Positions 30,992 to 40,433 of a stretch of DNA of 64,000 nucleotides are shown in pieces. The DNA is from Waterburya sp. (lineage in GTDB: Bacteria; Cyanobacteriota; Cyanobacteriia; Cyanobacteriales; Xenococcaceae): contig CBDCJV010000002.1 in NCBI GenBank assembly GCA_965217895.1, forward strand, positions 3,232,001-3,296,000. Direction: 5' to 3'. Position 1 is the first letter of the stretch; every line of letters starts with the position of its first letter. Position numbers and translations under genes: made by a program. The notes below the pieces were generated by a model that was not told the DNA's origin, ran no database searches, and worked only from the letters and a program-made list of their open reading frames with translations.

Positions 30992-32482
30992 TCAATAAAG
31001 TTCAGCATTGGTAAATTGTGCTTTTTTAGCATTAGCTGCTTCTCCACAACTGCGAGGTGTGGGAAAAATCTTGCCTGGATTAGCTAATCCCTTTTCGTTT
31101 AAAGCAGCGCGAATATACTGCATTGTTTCTAAGTCAGTAGCATTAAACATATAGGGCATATAGCAATTCTTATCTGCACCGATACCATGCTCTCCCGATA
31201 AACTGCCTCCCGCATCAACACATAGCTTCAATATCTCTCCGCCAATTTCTTCTACTGTTGCAAATGCTCCTGGCACAGAATTGTCGTAGAGAATTAGAGG
31301 GTGAAGGTTGCCATCTCCAGCATGAAAGACATTAGCAATTTTATAGCCATAGCGATCGCCTAAAGCATTTATTTCTGCTAAGACTTCGGCAAGCTTAGTC
31401 CGAGGAATCACCCCATCCTGGACAAAATAGTCAGGACTTATATGTCCAGCAGCAGCAAAAGCAGCCTTTCTACCCTTCCAGAGTTTAGCCCTAGTGTCAA
31501 TATCATTAGCAGTAGTGATCCCAGTAGCATTATTCTGCTGGCAAATTGCCTCTACTTTTTGCTTGTAGGCTTTTACCTCTACTTTTAAACCATCTAACTC
31601 GATCAGCAAAACCGCCTGAGCATCACGGTCATAACAACCAGTAGCTACAATATCTTCTACGGCATTGATACTCAAATTATCCATAATTTCCATGCCCGCA
31701 GGAATAATACCCGAACTAATAATATCAGCTACGGCTGCACCAGAATCTTCCACAGTGGGAAAGTTTGCCAGCACTACACATACAGATTCTGGACGTTTAA
31801 GGATGCGCAGAGTTACCTCGGTAGCAATGCCTAATGTGCCTTCTGAGCCAACAAACAAGCCAGTTAAATCATATCCAGGCATTTCAGGGACAATACCGCC
31901 AACGTCAATAATTGAACCATCGGTAGTAACGATTTTTAAACCCAATACATGATTAGTTGTTACACCATATTTAAGACAGTGAACGCCTCCAGAATTTTCT
32001 GCCACATTACCGCCAATAGAACAAATAATCTGGCTAGAAGGATCGGGAGCATAATAAAAACCTGCACCACTAACTGCCTGAGTTACCCAGTTGTTGATTA
32101 CTCCTGGCTGAACCGTAATATAGTGATTATCTAAATCTTGATGCAGAATGCGATTCATTCTGGCGGTGACGATTAATACACAGTCTGGGGCGGGTAATGC
32201 TCCTCCAGACAAACCTGTCCCTGCACCTCTGGCAACCCAGGGTAAATTATTGTCATGACAAACTTTAACTGCTGCTGCCACTTCTTCTGTGGTGCGGGGT
32301 AAAACTACCAAGGCTGGACGCTGACGATAGCTAGCTAGACCATCGCATTCATAGGTCAATAACTCTTCTTTGCGACGTACTACCCCGTCTTTACCGACTA
32401 CAGTTTCTAACTGTTTGATGATTGGCTGCCATTTGTCTTTAATGCCTGGAAAAAACTTACTAAATAACATCGCCATGACCAA
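30992..32482 (-). CDS. glcD: Glycolate dehydrogenase FAD-linked subunit
   Basis: RGAGTGLSGG, APDPSSQ, GSEGTLG, FHAGDGNLHP, GEHGIG, NPGKIFP. Confidence 0.93.
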   Translation of the reverse strand: MVMAMLFSKFFPGIKDKWQPIIKQLETVVGKDGVVRRKEELLTYECDGLASYRQRPALVVLPRTTEEVAAAVKVCHDNNLPWVARGAGTGLSGGALPAPDCVLIVTARMNRILHQDLDNHYITVQPGVINNWVTQAVSGAGFYYAPDPSSQIICSIGGNVAENSGGVHCLKYGVTTNHVLGLKIVTTDGSIIDVGGIVPEMPGYDLTGLFVGSEGTLGIATEVTLRILKRPESVCVVLANFPTVEDSGAAVADIISSGIIPAGMEIMDNLSINAVEDIVATGCYDRDAQAVLLIELDGLKVEVKAYKQKVEAICQQNNATGITTANDIDTRAKLWKGRKAAFAAAGHISPDYFVQDGVIPRTKLAEVLAEINALGDRYGYKIANVFHAGDGNLHPLILYDNSVPGAFATVEEIGGEILKLCVDAGGSLSGEHGIGADKNCYMPYMFNATDLETMQYIRAALNEKGLANPGKIFPTPRSCGEAANAKKAQFTNAELY

Positions 32483-32558
32483 ATCTCTGTTAATTTACCC
32501 GTATTAACAATGATATCTGACTATCAATATCTGACGTTACGTATTTAATCTAACTGCT

Positions 32559-32650
32559 GTGACGGGGTGACGAGGTGACTGGGTGACTGGGTGACTGGGA
32601 GAACCTTCGGTCTTGCCGAGATCGCCAAGTCCCCAAGTCCCCAAGTCCCT
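32559..32650. repeat. Paired octamer tandem repeats (GGGTGACT and CCAAGTCC types)
   Basis: About five GGGTGAC(T/G) units, a short spacer, then three CCAAGTCC units. Confidence 0.8.
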
Positions 32651-32681
32651 AAAATCGATGAGTGCGTAACATCGGTTAATA

Positions 32682-32888
32682 TTACTTTTTATAGGCTTTA
32701 GCTGAAGCGGAAATCCAAGTAAAAGCAGCAATACCAAACGGTAACAGAATAAAAATTGCTCCAGAAGCTACAGGATGGGTTCTAATGGTCATGCTAGAAC
32801 TCATAATTCCTAATCCTAAACCACAGTAGACTAAGCCGATTAAAGGAATACCCAGAACTAATAAAGCAAATTTTCGATCTGAATTCAT
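32682..32888 (-). CDS. Small two-helix membrane protein
   Basis: 68 aa, ATG start, two hydrophobic segments. Confidence 0.65.
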   Translation of the reverse strand: MNSDRKFALLVLGIPLIGLVYCGLGLGIMSSSMTIRTHPVASGAIFILLPFGIAAFTWISASAKAYKK

Positions 32889-33056
32889 AAATTATAATGT
32901 TCTAAGAACTATTAATTAACTTAGCAGATATTTGCTTGGCGATCGCGCTATCTTGAATCTTATTATTTAGTTCAAGATCAAAAGTCTTCTAAAGTCGCTA
33001 GAATCAACATAAGTTAACCAAAATAATTAGCTTGTTGGCTTAAGCTAAGTAATCTT

Positions 33057-34247
33057 ATGAGCGAAAAATCGCGTATTTGTATCGTTGGTGGTGGATTTGG
33101 GGGTTTATATACTGCTTTGAGGCTGAGTGAATTCCCTTGGCAAAACGGAACCAAGCCAGAAATTACTCTGATTGATAAAAGCGATCGCTTTTTGTTTTCT
33201 CCCCTGTTGTATGAACTGATCACCGAAGAAATGCAAAGTTGGGAAATAGCACCACCCTTTGCTGAAATTTTGGCAAATACAGGGGTGATCTTTCAGCAGG
33301 GTAGCGTTACCGATATTGATGTTGAAGCCCAAAAAGTCACTGTCGATGACGATCTAACAATCGATTACGATAAATTGGTTTTGTCCACAGGTGGCAAAAC
33401 TCCTGTAGACATTGTATCAGGGGCAAAGGAACACGCTCTCCCGTTTCGTTCTTTAAACGATGCCTATCGTTTACAGGAAGAACTAAGATTACTAGAAGAA
33501 GCTAACCCCGATAAAATTAGAGTGGCAGTAGTTGGCGGTGGTTATAGCGGGGTAGAGTTAGCTTGTAAGCTAGCAGCCCGTTTAGGTGAAAAAGGCAGAA
33601 TTCGCATTATAGAAAGAGGAGAACGGATACTCAAAGACAGTTCTGATTTCAATCGTGAAACTGCCATCAAAGCCTTGACAGAAAATCATATTTGGCAGGA
33701 TTTAGAAACAGAGGTAGCACAGGTTGAGGCTGACAGCATATCTCTTGAATATAAAGGGCAAACTGATGTCATACCCGTAGATTTGGTATTGTGGACAGTT
33801 GGTAGCCAGATTTCGGAGTTAATTACTAAACTTCCTTTAGAACAAAACGAAAAAGGGCTGCTTAAAATTGAACCCAACCTGTTAGTCAAGGGTAGAGATG
33901 ATATCTATGCGATCGGTGATGTGGCTGACTGCTACGATACTGAGGGCATATCAGTCCCCGCTACGGCACAGGTAGCTTTTCAACAGTCTGACTATTGTGC
34001 CTGGAATTTGTGGGCATCTGCTACTAACCGTCCCTTGTTATCTTTTCGCTATCAGCCTTTAGGTGAAATGATGACTTTGGGAGTAGATAACGCCACGATC
34101 AGCGGTTTGGGCATAAAATTTGATGGTTCAATGGCTTATATAGCCCGTCGCTTAATCTATCTCTATCGTTTACCAACTTTAAAACATCAGCTAACGGTCG
34201 GACTAAACTGGATTACTCAACCTCTAGTTGAACTATTGTCATCTTGA
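33057..34247 (+). CDS. ndbB: Type II NAD(P)H dehydrogenase, NdbB/NDC1 type
   Basis: GGGFGGLYTALRL, PLLYEL..EMQSWEIAP, GGGYSGVELA, ATAQVAFQQ. Confidence 0.85.
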   Translation: MSEKSRICIVGGGFGGLYTALRLSEFPWQNGTKPEITLIDKSDRFLFSPLLYELITEEMQSWEIAPPFAEILANTGVIFQQGSVTDIDVEAQKVTVDDDLTIDYDKLVLSTGGKTPVDIVSGAKEHALPFRSLNDAYRLQEELRLLEEANPDKIRVAVVGGGYSGVELACKLAARLGEKGRIRIIERGERILKDSSDFNRETAIKALTENHIWQDLETEVAQVEADSISLEYKGQTDVIPVDLVLWTVGSQISELITKLPLEQNEKGLLKIEPNLLVKGRDDIYAIGDVADCYDTEGISVPATAQVAFQQSDYCAWNLWASATNRPLLSFRYQPLGEMMTLGVDNATISGLGIKFDGSMAYIARRLIYLYRLPTLKHQLTVGLNWITQPLVELLSS

Positions 34248-34302
34248 TATACTGTGGCAATTTATAGGTAGGGAATAATAGCTATAGTAAAAAGATATCC
34301 CC

Positions 34303-35478
34303 ATGTCTGATGCAAAATTCATACCGCCCCAGTTAAATCCTCTATTTACGCGTTTAATCCAAAGTGTTTTCTATCTTGTGGCTTACTTTGGCTACAAAAT
34401 AAAATTCGTAATTGGCGATCGCGACGTGGCTCAATTAAAAGCAATTTCTCATCAGCGAGTAGTTTATCTGCCAAATCATTCTAATCTAGATGATGGACTG
34501 GTAGTATTTCTTTTGTCTGCACGTTTAGGGCAGCTTTTTCACTATATTGTCGCTTACGAAGCCTTTCAAGGCTTAATTGGCAAGCTAATGCCCAAAGTAG
34601 GAGTTTATTCAATTCGGCGCGGAGTTGGCGATCGCTCTAGCATCAGGCAAACTTTGGAGATACTTCAGCAGCCTGGATCTAAGCTGGTGATTTTTCCAGA
34701 AGGCGGTTGCTCCTATCAAAATGATACCGTAATTCCCTTTCGCACAGGAGCAATTGAGCTATCTTTTAAGGCGATGGAAAAGCTAATCAAACAAGAAGCA
34801 GATATACCCAATTTTTATTTAGTACCTGTAAGCTTAAAATATACTTATCCCCAGGCTACAAATGCCCAAATTGCCGAATCTCTAGGCGGTTTGGAAGCAG
34901 CTTTATCCATCCAGCCAGCCAAAGATTTTTATTTACGCTTAAGAGCTATATCTGCTCAAGTATTAGCCAATTTAGAAGCGGAATATAATGTAACTCCTGT
35001 CGATTTAACAGACTGGAATCAACGCATTGAATATCTGAGAAAGCATTTACTAGACTACTGCGAAAAGAAACTAGATATTACACCTGCAACTGAGTTACCG
35101 AATCGAGAAAGGATTTATAAGGTTCAGGCAATTTTAAGATCTTTAGATGATACTACAGCTAAACAATCTCAGATAAACTACGAACATCTTTATCAAACTA
35201 CTGTTCGCTTGCTCAATTTTGATGCTGTTTACGATGGTTACGTAGCAGCCAAGCCTACCCCAGAAAGGTTTTTTGCTACTTTAGATCGTCTTGAAAGAGA
35301 AGTATTTAATATAGATCGACCTAAACTCAAAGGATTACGTCAGGCAGTTGTTAAAACTGGTACACCAATTAATCTTAAAAAATATTATCAAAATATAAAC
35401 CATGATTCTTCTCGCCAACAAACAATTAATAATTTAACTCAAGAAATACAGCAACAAGTTCAAGCGTATCTAAATTAG
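34303..35478 (+). CDS. Phospholipid/glycerol acyltransferase (PlsC-like)
   Basis: NHSNLDD (HX4D), IFPEG. Confidence 0.88.
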   Translation: MSDAKFIPPQLNPLFTRLIQSVFYLVAYFGYKIKFVIGDRDVAQLKAISHQRVVYLPNHSNLDDGLVVFLLSARLGQLFHYIVAYEAFQGLIGKLMPKVGVYSIRRGVGDRSSIRQTLEILQQPGSKLVIFPEGGCSYQNDTVIPFRTGAIELSFKAMEKLIKQEADIPNFYLVPVSLKYTYPQATNAQIAESLGGLEAALSIQPAKDFYLRLRAISAQVLANLEAEYNVTPVDLTDWNQRIEYLRKHLLDYCEKKLDITPATELPNRERIYKVQAILRSLDDTTAKQSQINYEHLYQTTVRLLNFDAVYDGYVAAKPTPERFFATLDRLEREVFNIDRPKLKGLRQAVVKTGTPINLKKYYQNINHDSSRQQTINNLTQEIQQQVQAYLN

Positions 35479-35597
35479 GGCGTATCATTAATTAGAAAAA
35501 AGTACAGACTGTGTAGAGTGCCTTTAACGTAAGCCTAACGCACCAACATTTAAATTTAAAATTTTATTGGATTCTTATTCCCTAGCCAAATCAACCG

Positions 35598-36320
35598 TTG
35601 CTCATGACACTCTCATTATCAACCCAAAATTTACCAAACGTGATCTTTTTAGATGCTATGGGAACACTATTCGATCTCAAAAGCAGCGTTGGCGAAATAT
35701 ATCAAGAATACGCCCTCAAATATGGAGTAAAAGTAGATGCCAAATTACTCAATAGTGCTTTTCTTAACAGCTTTAAATCTGCTCCTCCCTTAGCATTTTC
35801 CGCCACTGAATTAGAGTCAATTAAGCAACAGGAATTTGCTTGGTGGAAAAATGTAATTCAGATTACATTTGCACAGATTGGTGTACTAGAAAATTTTAGT
35901 AGTTTTGCCAATTTTTTCCAGGATATATATTTATATTTTGCTACTAAAGAACCTTGGTATGTATTCTCCGATGTGATTCCTACTTTGCAGCTTTGGCAGC
36001 AGCAAGGCATTCAATTAGGAGTTATATCTAATTTTGATACTCGCTTAATTACTGTGCTAAGGTTGCTTAAATTAGAGCAATTTTTTACTAGTCTGACAAT
36101 TTCTTCCGTTGTAGGATATGCAAAACCCGACCAGAATATTTTTGAAATTGCTTTAAAGAAACACTACATTACTGCTAAACAAGCATGGCATATTGGAGAC
36201 AGTCTGATTGAAGATTATCAAGGAGCAAAGAACGCAGGAATTAGCTCATTTTGGTTAAATCGTGATTCATTTTCATTGGATATTGAAAATCAACTACCCA
36301 ATTTAAGTAGTCTGGGATAA
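35598..36320 (+). CDS. HAD family hydrolase
   Basis: FLDAMGTL, ISNFD, KPD, HIGDS..EDYQGA. Confidence 0.9.
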   Translation: MLMTLSLSTQNLPNVIFLDAMGTLFDLKSSVGEIYQEYALKYGVKVDAKLLNSAFLNSFKSAPPLAFSATELESIKQQEFAWWKNVIQITFAQIGVLENFSSFANFFQDIYLYFATKEPWYVFSDVIPTLQLWQQQGIQLGVISNFDTRLITVLRLLKLEQFFTSLTISSVVGYAKPDQNIFEIALKKHYITAKQAWHIGDSLIEDYQGAKNAGISSFWLNRDSFSLDIENQLPNLSSLG

Positions 36321-36384
36321 ACTTGTCTTTATATTGCTTTATATATGCACTTTTACGAAGTTCAAAAAACGGGGGACAGAAGCT

Positions 36385-37269
36385 TTGGACACAGCTAATC
36401 AGCAAAGGATTCTCGGATATTTTATCGAAGAAGCGAAAGAACATTTGCAAACCTTGGAGCAAGGCATTTTACAGCTAGCAACATCTGTCAAAGATGCAGA
36501 AACCGTTAATGAAATGTTTCGGGCTGCTCATTCAGTTAAGGGTGGTGCTGCAATGCTGGGTTATACAAGTATTCAAAAAACTGCTCACCGTTTAGAAGAT
36601 TCTTTTAAAATTCTTAAAGACAATCCTGTAGATGTCGATCAAAAGCTAGAAACACTCTTCCTCAATGGCTACGATCATCTTCAAGATCTAATTGAGCGTC
36701 TAGAAAACTCTGCCAATTTTAGCGATAGAGATGCTGTAGAAATTTTAGAGCAGGCAGAATCTAATTTTGCTTTATTAGATCAATATCTTCAACAGTTACT
36801 ATCAGGTAGTTCAGCAGAAGATGCCGATCTTAGCCAAAAAGTAACCGTAATCCTTAAACAAATGTTGCTATTGTTTAAGCAGCCAGATAGCCCAGAAAGC
36901 AGACAAAAACTGCATCTTGCCTGTAAAAAGCTGGGCGAACTAGCACCTAATGAAGCAAATTGGCAAAAGTTGGTAGCTACAACTCAAACAGCAATCACTA
37001 ATAAAAAATATCCTTATAACACTATCGCCCAGGTAGTTATCAAGGAAATCAAGCAGGCAGGAGACTTTTTAAACTCTGGTCAAACAAATAAATTAGTTCC
37101 TAGCAAAAATCTACAGCAGCTAGCAGCATCGGCTGGGGGGACTGCTGGTGCTGTGGTCAGTACAGTATCTATACCAAAAGATCCCCAGGGCGCAGCATTG
37201 GCGTTATTGAAAACCTTCAACAAGCAGGAAATTATGCAGATATTCCAAATTATCAAAAGTCGAATTTGA
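36385..37269 (+). CDS. Stand-alone Hpt (CheA P1-like) domain protein
   Basis: YFIEEAKEHL, FRAAHSVKGGAAM, AHRLED; probable TTG start at 36385 after GGGGGA; no kinase domain. Confidence 0.85.
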   Translation: MDTANQQRILGYFIEEAKEHLQTLEQGILQLATSVKDAETVNEMFRAAHSVKGGAAMLGYTSIQKTAHRLEDSFKILKDNPVDVDQKLETLFLNGYDHLQDLIERLENSANFSDRDAVEILEQAESNFALLDQYLQQLLSGSSAEDADLSQKVTVILKQMLLLFKQPDSPESRQKLHLACKKLGELAPNEANWQKLVATTQTAITNKKYPYNTIAQVVIKEIKQAGDFLNSGQTNKLVPSKNLQQLAASAGGTAGAVVSTVSIPKDPQGAALALLKTFNKQEIMQIFQIIKSRI

Positions 37270-37348
37270 TTAATATTTCCTGACCTAATGTTAGATTTGT
37301 CAATTTAATATATGTAATAATAAGAACTTAATAAACTAAGTTCATTGA

Positions 37349-37630
37349 TTGCTATTAGCTGTGTTTCAATTCGCTGTCCATTTTGCCAGTTTATTCAAAC
37401 CAGTAATGCTCCAGCTTCGTTTTGTTGGGGCTTGTTCTGTGTTAGGACTTTTTGCCTGGAGTTTGCTAAGTTTTGTTAGGGATACGGTAGCCAGAGCTAA
37501 AGAAATGCACCAGATTCCCTGCACTAAATGCCGTTTTTTTACTGGAGATTATCGTCTTAAATGCACCGTAAATCCTCATGTTGCTAATACCGAGCAAGCA
37601 ATTGATTGTCCAGACTATCGAAATAATTAA
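37349..37630 (+). CDS. Small cyanobacterial membrane protein with a four-cysteine motif
   Basis: TM helix then HQIPCTKCRFFTGDYRLKCTVNP...AIDCPDY. Confidence 0.75.
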   Translation: MLLAVFQFAVHFASLFKPVMLQLRFVGACSVLGLFAWSLLSFVRDTVARAKEMHQIPCTKCRFFTGDYRLKCTVNPHVANTEQAIDCPDYRNN

Positions 37631-37643
37631 TTTAAGTCACAGA

Positions 37644-38612
37644 TTAGTTTGATTCTGCTGATTGTCCTGTTAACTGGTAAAACTTTTCTCGTCCCTCGTT
37701 GTATCTGTTGCTGGGATAGCCCATTACCTGATGGATAATCCATTTTTGAGGCTTACCATCTTTGAGCAATAAAGCGATCGCCATTTCCAGAATTTCATCA
37801 TCATCTAAGCAGTTCTCGGCAAAGAAACTACTAGTTTTACGAAAGCTGCTCTTGCTATTTTCCCTATCTAAATAAAGGTACATTGTGGCAAGCAAGTCTT
37901 TAAAAGATTTAGGTTTGTCTTTTTCTGGCATAATTTTTGACCAGTCTGATTCTGAGATCTGCTTTAGGTACTTATTTTGACTATCTTTAGAAGTCATCTT
38001 TCTTGTCAGCGGTTTCAGCCTAGTCGGATTTGCCTGAAGAATATGACAATACAGATAATCTATTGCTACACCTTGTAGTAAAGCTTCACCTAAAAACTGT
38101 AAATGCTTGTCGGTGGCAGAATGTTCTAACTCTGGTTTGAGATATTTTTTTAACATTGGCACAATCAAACGTTTGTGTAGCCAGTTGCGTGTCTGAGAAA
38201 AACCGCGATCAATAAAAATTGCGCCAACTAAAGCCTTAAGTCCCTTTTCAAAAGGATTATTTTGTTTAACCCTCAAACGATGTCTTTCTTCTGTTAAAGC
38301 CAAAAATGGATATGCCTCCCCAAGCTGAAGATCGTACCAAAGTGTAGTCAACCTCTCTGTTTCAATCATTTTATCCTGCAACGCCTTGAGCTTACCAACT
38401 TGAAAATGGGAAAAGTTCTTAAAAAGATAATCAGCTACGACTAAATTTAAAATCGTTTCACCGAGATATTCTAAACGCTGATTATTAATTTCAGGCTCAT
38501 TAAGTTGCTTGGCATAGGAAGGATGAATTAGAGCTAGGCGAAGGGTTTGATCGTATTTAAAGTTTATGCCGATTTTGTTTTCTACTGGCGACGCTTGCCA
38601 ATTATCACTCAT
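37644..38612 (-). CDS. Protein with two tandem degenerate ribonuclease III domains
   Basis: ALIHPSY..NNQRLEYLGE..LKALVGAIFIDRG, then HLQFLGEALL..FKDLLATMY; no dsRBD seen; likely start MSDNW at 38612. Confidence 0.8.
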   Translation of the reverse strand: MSDNWQASPVENKIGINFKYDQTLRLALIHPSYAKQLNEPEINNQRLEYLGETILNLVVADYLFKNFSHFQVGKLKALQDKMIETERLTTLWYDLQLGEAYPFLALTEERHRLRVKQNNPFEKGLKALVGAIFIDRGFSQTRNWLHKRLIVPMLKKYLKPELEHSATDKHLQFLGEALLQGVAIDYLYCHILQANPTRLKPLTRKMTSKDSQNKYLKQISESDWSKIMPEKDKPKSFKDLLATMYLYLDRENSKSSFRKTSSFFAENCLDDDEILEMAIALLLKDGKPQKWIIHQVMGYPSNRYNEGREKFYQLTGQSAESN

Positions 38613-38763
38613 TTGTATTAGACGAATATATTTTAACCACCATTTTATATTTAATTTCATCCAGCTATTTATTATTTTATGAATATGTAATTTGATGGCG
38701 TACTTTGTAAAACATCAAGCCTGTAAGTATTCAAGTAAATATATTGTTTTTGGCTGATAGAAA

Positions 38764-40209
38764 TTGGAATGTTTTGGGAATAATAAAATAAGTATTTCTT
38801 TTGACATATTCCAACAGTCATTAACAATAAACGTAGTGCGTAAAATATCTAAACTTTGGTCTAAAAAAACTAAACAACTATTTGCTCAAGCTTTTGGGAA
38901 TACAGTTAAGACAAGCAAATTAGTAGCTAGAAAATTTAATCTCCTGATTATTACGCAGTATTATCCACCAGATTATGCTGCTACGGGTCAATTAATTGAA
39001 GAGTTAGCCAAACATTTAGGAGAAAAAAATGTCCAGGTAAAAGTTTTTACAGGGCAACCTGGGTATGCTTTTGAAAAGAAGCAAGCTTCAAATTTGGAAA
39101 TCAAAGATAATGTTCAGATTCAACGTACCAGAATTACCAAAATTTGGTCACAAAGAATCCGTGGAAAAACACTAAATGGTCTAATATTCACTTTTAGGTC
39201 GGCTTTATACTTATTAAAAAATGCTCGTCAAAATGATGTAATTTTATTAACTACCGCACCACCTTTTCTTTTAGTCATTGGTTATTTGGCTAATTTGCTA
39301 TTTAAAATTGATTATGTTTGCTTAGTTTACGATTTATATCCTGACGCAGTTATAGAGTTAAAATTAATTTCAGAAAATAGTTTTATTGCTAAACTATGGA
39401 ATAGGATCAATGCTATTGTTTGGGGAAAAAGCAAAAAGATAGTGGTGCTAAGTGAAACCATGAAAAAAAGGATTGTCGCCAAACATCCCAGCCTGGCTGA
39501 AAAGGTTTCTATTGTTCATAATTGGGCGGATGCGGACTGGATTAAACCTCTGGCAAAACAAAATAATTGGTTTGCTGGACAACATAAAATAAATGAAAAA
39601 TTTACAGTTTTATATTCTGGCAACTTGGGTCTTTGTCATGATTTAGATACAATTTTGGGTGCAATAAAATTACTCAAAGACCAGCCAGTACAATTTGTGT
39701 TTATTGGTGCGGGAACTAAACATGAAATATGCCGCCAAACGGTAGCCGAATTAAACTTAAACAACTGTATTTTCTTACCATATCAAGACAGAACTAACTT
39801 GCCCTATTCTTTAACTGCCTGTGATTTAGCTTTGGTAACGATCGCACCTGGTTTAGAAGGAGTTGTTGCCCCAAGTAAAGTATATGGCATTATGGCTGCA
39901 GGAAAAGCGATCGCGGCTATATGTGAACCTCATTCTTATCTGCGTAAATTAATTGATAATGCTGAATGTGGAGCGTACTTCAATAATGATCACAGCGAAG
40001 ATCTGGCAAATTTTATTATGAAACTAGCTGATGATTCTGAATTGACTGCACAAATGGGTCATGCTGGACGTGTCTATATGAAGCAAAACTTTATACCTCA
40101 AATTATTGCTCAACAGTATTGTGATCTGTTAAATATAAACGTTAGCAGCGAGTGTATAAACGTCAATCAGAAGCATGAAAAAGCTGATAGAAATCTTAGG
40201 GTAACTTGA
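38764..40209 (+). CDS. GT4 family glycosyltransferase (WcaI-like)
   Basis: TQYYPPD, YDLYPD, YSGNLG, PSKVYGIMAAG; start uncertain. Confidence 0.9.
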   Translation: MECFGNNKISISFDIFQQSLTINVVRKISKLWSKKTKQLFAQAFGNTVKTSKLVARKFNLLIITQYYPPDYAATGQLIEELAKHLGEKNVQVKVFTGQPGYAFEKKQASNLEIKDNVQIQRTRITKIWSQRIRGKTLNGLIFTFRSALYLLKNARQNDVILLTTAPPFLLVIGYLANLLFKIDYVCLVYDLYPDAVIELKLISENSFIAKLWNRINAIVWGKSKKIVVLSETMKKRIVAKHPSLAEKVSIVHNWADADWIKPLAKQNNWFAGQHKINEKFTVLYSGNLGLCHDLDTILGAIKLLKDQPVQFVFIGAGTKHEICRQTVAELNLNNCIFLPYQDRTNLPYSLTACDLALVTIAPGLEGVVAPSKVYGIMAAGKAIAAICEPHSYLRKLIDNAECGAYFNNDHSEDLANFIMKLADDSELTAQMGHAGRVYMKQNFIPQIIAQQYCDLLNINVSSECINVNQKHEKADRNLRVT

Positions 40210-40250
40210 AAGGCGTTGCTGAATCGAGGTTTGAAACCGACTTTTAATAT

Positions 40251-40388
40251 TATAGCGTTTCTCTTATTTACGAGATACATCTTAGTTGTGTCTGGTTAAA
40301 GGGAAAAGGCAAAAGTGGAAAGGGGAAAGGTTTTGCACTTTTTTCCAAAACTTAGCCAATGTACCTCATTGATTTGAGAATCGCTATA
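40251..40388. mobile_element. MITE-like element (138 bp)
   Basis: Imperfect inverted termini of about 29 bp, ATAGCGTTTCTC..GAGATACAT / ATGTACCTC..GAGAATCGCTAT, with TA at both ends and a purine-rich repeat interior. Confidence 0.75.
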
Positions 40389-40433
40389 TTTAAGTTTAAG
40401 TAAATATTAAAATTGTTATTATAAACGGCTTCG

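Noticed and set aside
29917..31047. Two similar minus-strand ORFs starting MEKPLMLKKH and MEKQLMLKKH
   Set aside because: Alternative-frame readings of the duplicated glcD end, running antisense to real genes
32537..32737. 66-aa ORF containing GTWGLGDLG and SPSHPVTQSPRHP
   Set aside because: Translation of octamer tandem repeats; overlaps another gene
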